The notes beneath the pieces were generated by a model, which saw only the letters and a program-made list of their open reading frames with translations, was not told the DNA's origin and did not search any database. Shown one piece after another: positions 38,117 through 41,771 of a DNA stretch of 41,771 nt. The position numbers and the translations under genes are program-made. Position 1 is the stretch's first letter, and every line of letters starts with the position of its first letter. The stretch comes from Clostridia bacterium (GTDB lineage Bacteria > Bacillota > Clostridia > UMGS1883), in the NCBI GenBank assembly GCA_021202495.1, contig JAJQCX010000129.1:492-42262 (forward strand). The letters run 5' to 3'.

Positions 38117-38223
38117 ATGGAAAAAATCTTAAATGGGGTATTTACTTTTAAGCTGTTTGAGGGTATAATATTGAAAAAGAAACGTAATGTTACGCATAAT
38201 TTTCAATAAAGGAGTGCGCTTTG

Positions 38224-39477
38224 ATGGTTATTGAAAGAGAAAGCTATCTCAATGCTTTAAAGCTGAGAATGCACAACGGATTGATAAAGGTTGTAACCGG
38301 AATCAGACGAAGCGGGAAATCATTTTTGATTTTTAATATTTTTAAAAATTATCTCATTGAGAGCGGAACGGATGAGGCGCATATAATTGAAATTCAGCTC
38401 GATTTGAGAAAAAACAGGCAATACAGAGACCCTGATGTTATTTTGGATTATATTGAGTCAAAAATTTCGGATGACGGGCAATACTATATTTTGCTCGACG
38501 AGGTGCAGATGCTCAATGAATTTGAAGAAGTGTTAAATTCATTGCTCCACATTCAAAACGCGGATATATACGTCACGGGCAGCAATTCAAAATTTTTGTC
38601 GAAGGATATAATCACCGAATTTCGCGGACGCGGAGACGAAATCCACATTTATCCCCTTTCGTTCAAGGAATTTATGAGCGTATATGATGGCGATATGTAT
38701 AGGGGATGGGCGGAGTATGTGACATACGGCGGCTTGCCGCTCGCGGTGGGACTTAAGACGGAGGAGCAGAAAATACAATATCTTACGACGCTTTTTGACG
38801 AAACATATATTAAGGACATTGTGGAGAGAAACAAGATAGAGAAAAAGCAGGAGCTGAACGACATTATCAACGTGTTGGCGTCGTCTGTCGGCTTGCTTTC
38901 CAATCCGTCGAAAATTGAGGCAACGTTTAAAAGCGTTATAAAGTCGGATATAAGTCTTAATACGATAAGGCAATATATTGACTACCTTGAAGACTCGTTT
39001 TTGATAAGCGAGGCGCAGAGATATGACATTAAGGGGAGAAAATATATCGGAACGCCGGTGAAGTATTATTTTGAGGATGTTGGACTTCGCAACGCGCGGC
39101 TGGGTTTCAGGCAGATTGAGGAAACGCATTTGATGGAAAATGTGATATATAACGAGCTCAAAATGCGCGGATTTAACGTAGATGTGGGCGTTGTGGAAAA
39201 GAGAGTGAGGGAAAAGGACGGAACGCATTCAAGCAAAAAGCTTGAGATTGATTTTGTCGCCAATTTGGGGAGCAGAAGATATTACATTCAGTCGGCGTTC
39301 AGTCTCCCCGATGCGGAAAAAATCGAACAGGAGAAGGCGTCGCTCAAAAGTGTTTCCGATTCATTTAAAAAAATAATAGTCGTAAAGGACATTATAAACG
39401 TGCGCCGCGACGAGGACGGGATAACAACGATGAGCATTTATGATTTTCTGTTGAAGGAGAACAGCTTGGAGCTGTAG
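38224..39477 (+). CDS. COG1373-type AAA+ ATPase (AAA_14 N-terminal domain plus DUF4143-like C-terminal restriction-endonuclease-fold region).
   Basis: Walker A is GIRRSGKS and Walker B is YILLDEVQ. The C-terminal EIDFV motif is typical of this family. ATG 38224 lies 8 nt after AAGGAG. GC is low (32-37% in hand-counted lines 38281-38400). Confidence 0.83.
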   Translation: MVIERESYLNALKLRMHNGLIKVVTGIRRSGKSFLIFNIFKNYLIESGTDEAHIIEIQLDLRKNRQYRDPDVILDYIESKISDDGQYYILLDEVQMLNEFEEVLNSLLHIQNADIYVTGSNSKFLSKDIITEFRGRGDEIHIYPLSFKEFMSVYDGDMYRGWAEYVTYGGLPLAVGLKTEEQKIQYLTTLFDETYIKDIVERNKIEKKQELNDIINVLASSVGLLSNPSKIEATFKSVIKSDISLNTIRQYIDYLEDSFLISEAQRYDIKGRKYIGTPVKYYFEDVGLRNARLGFRQIEETHLMENVIYNELKMRGFNVDVGVVEKRVREKDGTHSSKKLEIDFVANLGSRRYYIQSAFSLPDAEKIEQEKASLKSVSDSFKKIIVVKDIINVRRDEDGITTMSIYDFLLKENSLEL

Positions 39478-39486
39478 GATAAAAAT

Positions 39487-39515
39487 GTTGACAAAAAGTG
39501 CGAAAGCGGATAAAA
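39487..39515 (+). promoter_or_regulatory. Consensus-like promoter of the Agr-like two-component operon.
   Basis: TTGACA (39487-39492), a 17-nt spacer and TAAAAT (39510-39515). Confidence 0.6.
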
Positions 39516-39529
39516 TATAGCCAGAATTA

Positions 39530-39541
39530 CGGGGGGGGGGG
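39530..39541 (+). repeat. Homopolymeric G12 tract in the predicted 5' UTR of the kinase gene.
   Basis: Direct count gives g at 39530, ten g at 39531-39540 and g at 39541. The tract lies between the -10 element (39510-39515) and the RBS AAGGAG (39563-39568). Confidence 0.95.
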
Positions 39542-39577
39542 TAACAGAGTTAAATAAATCATAAGGAGAAGATAAAA

Positions 39578-40885
39578 ATGGTTGAAGGGTTATTTGAATT
39601 GGGAGTGAATTTGGTTGAGACGCTGATTATTCTCGATTTTGTGACGCGGTATTTGGGTTGTAAATACAGTGATTGGCGAAAATACGTCGGATTTATCGCG
39701 TTTTGGATGATCGGCTTTGCGGAGCTGAGCTATATAAATTATCTCTTTTCGTTTGAAGGCTTGGCGGTATTTTTGCCGATTGTGATTGTATTTATATACG
39801 AACTGCTGTTTTTGAACGGAAAGGTTTTGATGAAGCTGTGGATTTCGGCTCTGACGCAGATAATTGTGATAATTATTGCGGTGGGGACAAATCTTTTTGT
39901 ATGCTATGTGATAGATTATGACCTGAACGACATGATAAACGTGTTTAACACAACGAGGGTAATTTCGGTCGTGATAACGAAGGTCATTCTGTTTTATGTG
40001 ACGCGTATGCTGCTGCGGCGCAAATACAAAAATCCCCTCGGAGGAAAGCAATGGATTGTATTGATTGTGATTCCGCTTATTTCGCTCGTCTCGCTCGTCG
40101 CGCTGATGATTGCGGCGCTGAACAATGAGGAAATGTCGGAATATATATTGTGCGGTATGGCGGGGATTTTGCTTGTTAACGTCAGCGACTATTATCTTTT
40201 TGCAACGCTGAACCGAGATTATGAATTGAAGCTTAAAATAAACATGCTTGAGCAGAACAATCAAAATGCGGTCAAAATAATTGAAAATTCAGCCGCATTT
40301 GTCAACCGCATGAAGTCCGCAAGGCACGATATGAAAAATCAGCTTTTGATAATATCGGGAAGTATAAAGAGTGGGAAAAGTGATGAGGCGGAAAAATATA
40401 TCGAAAGCCTGACCGACGCGTTTTTGCCTGAGGTGCAGTATTTTATCAATTCGGACAATGAGGCTTTTAACGCTATCGCGAACGCAAAGGCGGCGCTTTG
40501 CTATGAGAAAAAAATCTTTCTCGAAATAAGGGAAATGAAAAATTCGCTTAAGGATTTTGACGCTGTCGATACGGGCATTTTGTTCGGGAATTTGCTCGAT
40601 AACGCGATAGAGGCGGCGGAAAAGACGAAGGAGCGGAAGATCACGGTCGATATTAAGACGCAAGGGTCATATCTTTCGGTTTTGGTCGCAAACAGCATCG
40701 ATCATTCAGTTTTGGAGGAAAACGCCGCGCTTGAAACGACAAAGAAAGACAAAGCGCATCACGGAACGGGGATAAAGACGTTGAAAGAATTGGTCAGGAA
40801 ATACGACGGTATGATTCAGTTTTTTGAAGAGGACGGCGAATTTTGCTGTCGCATTATGCTTGGGACAATGGATATGGGGAATTGA
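39578..40885 (+). CDS. AgrC-like (HPK10-type) membrane sensor histidine kinase, GHKL ATPase.
   Basis: The N-terminal half is polytopic with about 6 TM helices. The H-box is SARHDMKNQLLII, the N-box is GNLLDNAIEA and the G-box is HHGTGIKTLKELV. Confidence 0.85.
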   Translation: MVEGLFELGVNLVETLIILDFVTRYLGCKYSDWRKYVGFIAFWMIGFAELSYINYLFSFEGLAVFLPIVIVFIYELLFLNGKVLMKLWISALTQIIVIIIAVGTNLFVCYVIDYDLNDMINVFNTTRVISVVITKVILFYVTRMLLRRKYKNPLGGKQWIVLIVIPLISLVSLVALMIAALNNEEMSEYILCGMAGILLVNVSDYYLFATLNRDYELKLKINMLEQNNQNAVKIIENSAAFVNRMKSARHDMKNQLLIISGSIKSGKSDEAEKYIESLTDAFLPEVQYFINSDNEAFNAIANAKAALCYEKKIFLEIREMKNSLKDFDAVDTGILFGNLLDNAIEAAEKTKERKITVDIKTQGSYLSVLVANSIDHSVLEENAALETTKKDKAHHGTGIKTLKELVRKYDGMIQFFEEDGEFCCRIMLGTMDMGN

Positions 40886-40887
40886 AA

Positions 40888-41619
40888 ATGAGCGGGAAAA
40901 TTGAAATTGCGATATGCGACGATGAAAAAATTTATATTGATGAAATTTCGGAAAGAATAAGACGCGCGGCGGGCGAATGTGAGGTCCGGGCTGTTATTCA
41001 CACATGCGACAGCGGAGAGGATTTAATTAAGCTCTGCGAAGAAAAAGCGGTTGACGCGGCGTTTTTGGACATTGCAATGCCCGGGACGGACGGATTTAAA
41101 ACGGCGGAAAGATTATCGGAGATAAAAAGCGATATTCTTTTGGTTTTCGTTTCGAGCCGCGAGGCAATGGTTTTTTCGTCGTATGAATATAAGCCGTTTT
41201 GGTTCGTGCCGAAATCGCAGATTGAAATGCTGGACACGGTTATAAAAAAGCTCATTAAGACGGTTCAAAAAAGTCAAAATTTAATTAGGTCAATCCCTTT
41301 GCGCCTTGAGGATAAGGAGACTATAGAGCTTGATTTGGAAAACGTCATGTACATTAAATCGGAAGGGCATTATTTGAACATGTTTTTTAAGGACGGAACA
41401 AAAAGCGGCAGCTTGCGGGGCGCAATGTATGACATAGAGCGGCAGCTTGAAGAATACGGCTTTGTGCGCTGCCACAAGCAGTTTCTCGTCAATTGCAGGG
41501 CGATAAGCCTCATAGAAAATGCGCATTGCGTGTTGATTGATAAAACGAAGCTTCCGATAAGCCGTGCAAGCATGAAAAAAACAAAGGAAATATTCCAAAA
41601 GTATCTAAGGAGTATATAG
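40888..41619 (+). CDS. LytTR/AgrA-family response regulator.
   Basis: The receiver shows IAICDDEK...AAFLDIAMPGTDG. The C-terminal LytTR domain shows YIKSEGHYLNMFF...FVRCHKQFLVN. ATG 40888 lies 2 nt after the kinase stop. Confidence 0.9.
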   Translation: MSGKIEIAICDDEKIYIDEISERIRRAAGECEVRAVIHTCDSGEDLIKLCEEKAVDAAFLDIAMPGTDGFKTAERLSEIKSDILLVFVSSREAMVFSSYEYKPFWFVPKSQIEMLDTVIKKLIKTVQKSQNLIRSIPLRLEDKETIELDLENVMYIKSEGHYLNMFFKDGTKSGSLRGAMYDIERQLEEYGFVRCHKQFLVNCRAISLIENAHCVLIDKTKLPISRASMKKTKEIFQKYLRSI

Positions 41620-41621
41620 TC

Positions 41622-41768
41622 ATGACGGAAGTGATATTTGAACAGTCGGCAAGTCTGGTGCAAATGTTTATATGGCTGTGGTTTGTGACGTCCTTAAAAT
41701 TGACCATTCGTGCCAAATTTGTGCCGTTCGTGCCAGTGAACTTGAAATATGATATGAGAATGATATAA
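41622..41768 (+). CDS. 48-codon ORF for a hydrophobic peptide. It is either a small membrane protein or the N-terminal remnant of a second AgrC-like sensor.
   Basis: This ORF is not in the track because it is under 60 aa. ATG 41622 lies 9 nt after AAGGAG (41607-41612). The translation is MTEVIFEQSASLVQMFIWLWFVTSLKLTIRAKFVPFVPVNLKYDMRMI. Its first roughly 25 aa resemble the N-terminus of the kinase at 39578 (MVEGLFELGVNLVETLIILDFVTRYLG). TAA lies 3 nt before the window end. Confidence 0.3.
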   Translation: MTEVIFEQSASLVQMFIWLWFVTSLKLTIRAKFVPFVPVNLKYDMRMI

Positions 41769-41771
41769 TAT

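Overview
This 41.8 kb window looks like a chromosomal segment of a Clostridia-like Firmicute (Oscillospiraceae/Ruminococcaceae-like codon usage). Hand counts of single 60-nt lines give about 53% GC in core genes. All calls rest on motif and architecture recognition of the supplied ORF translations plus reading of intergenic DNA. No database search was run.

Core content:
- nfnAB-like oxidoreductase pair
- complete ytfQRT-yjfF-type (galactofuranose-type) sugar ABC transporter
- tgt
- a murF-like/ddl/ftsH block
- ilvD
- an SDR epimerase plus GAF (free Met-R-sulfoxide reductase-like) pair
- MATE exporter
- radical-SAM/DUF3006 pair
- two-domain PPK2
- proS

Accessory content:
- two very large secreted multidomain proteins (1..4692, 5'-partial; 26737..30633)
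- a BspA-type leucine-rich-repeat surface protein
- a small alarmone synthetase translationally coupled to an OmpR-type two-component system
- a low-GC HEPN/MNT toxin-antitoxin cassette
- a low-GC right-hand island (about 38150 to the window end) with a COG1373-type AAA ATPase and an AgrC/LytTR-like two-component system

Most notable observations:
1. The sensor kinase of the alarmone-linked system carries two in-frame stop codons in an otherwise intact frame.
2. A GC-rich, repeat-containing, terminator-flanked noncoding unit of about 300 nt lies between the divergent LRR and tgt genes.
3. A 12-G homopolymer sits in the 5' UTR of the Agr-like kinase.
4. The MurF-like ligase has a polytopic membrane segment where the N-terminal domain should be.
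5. The LRR protein and the BNR/LamG protein share a C-terminal module.

No rRNA, tRNA, CRISPR array, transposase or integrase was seen.
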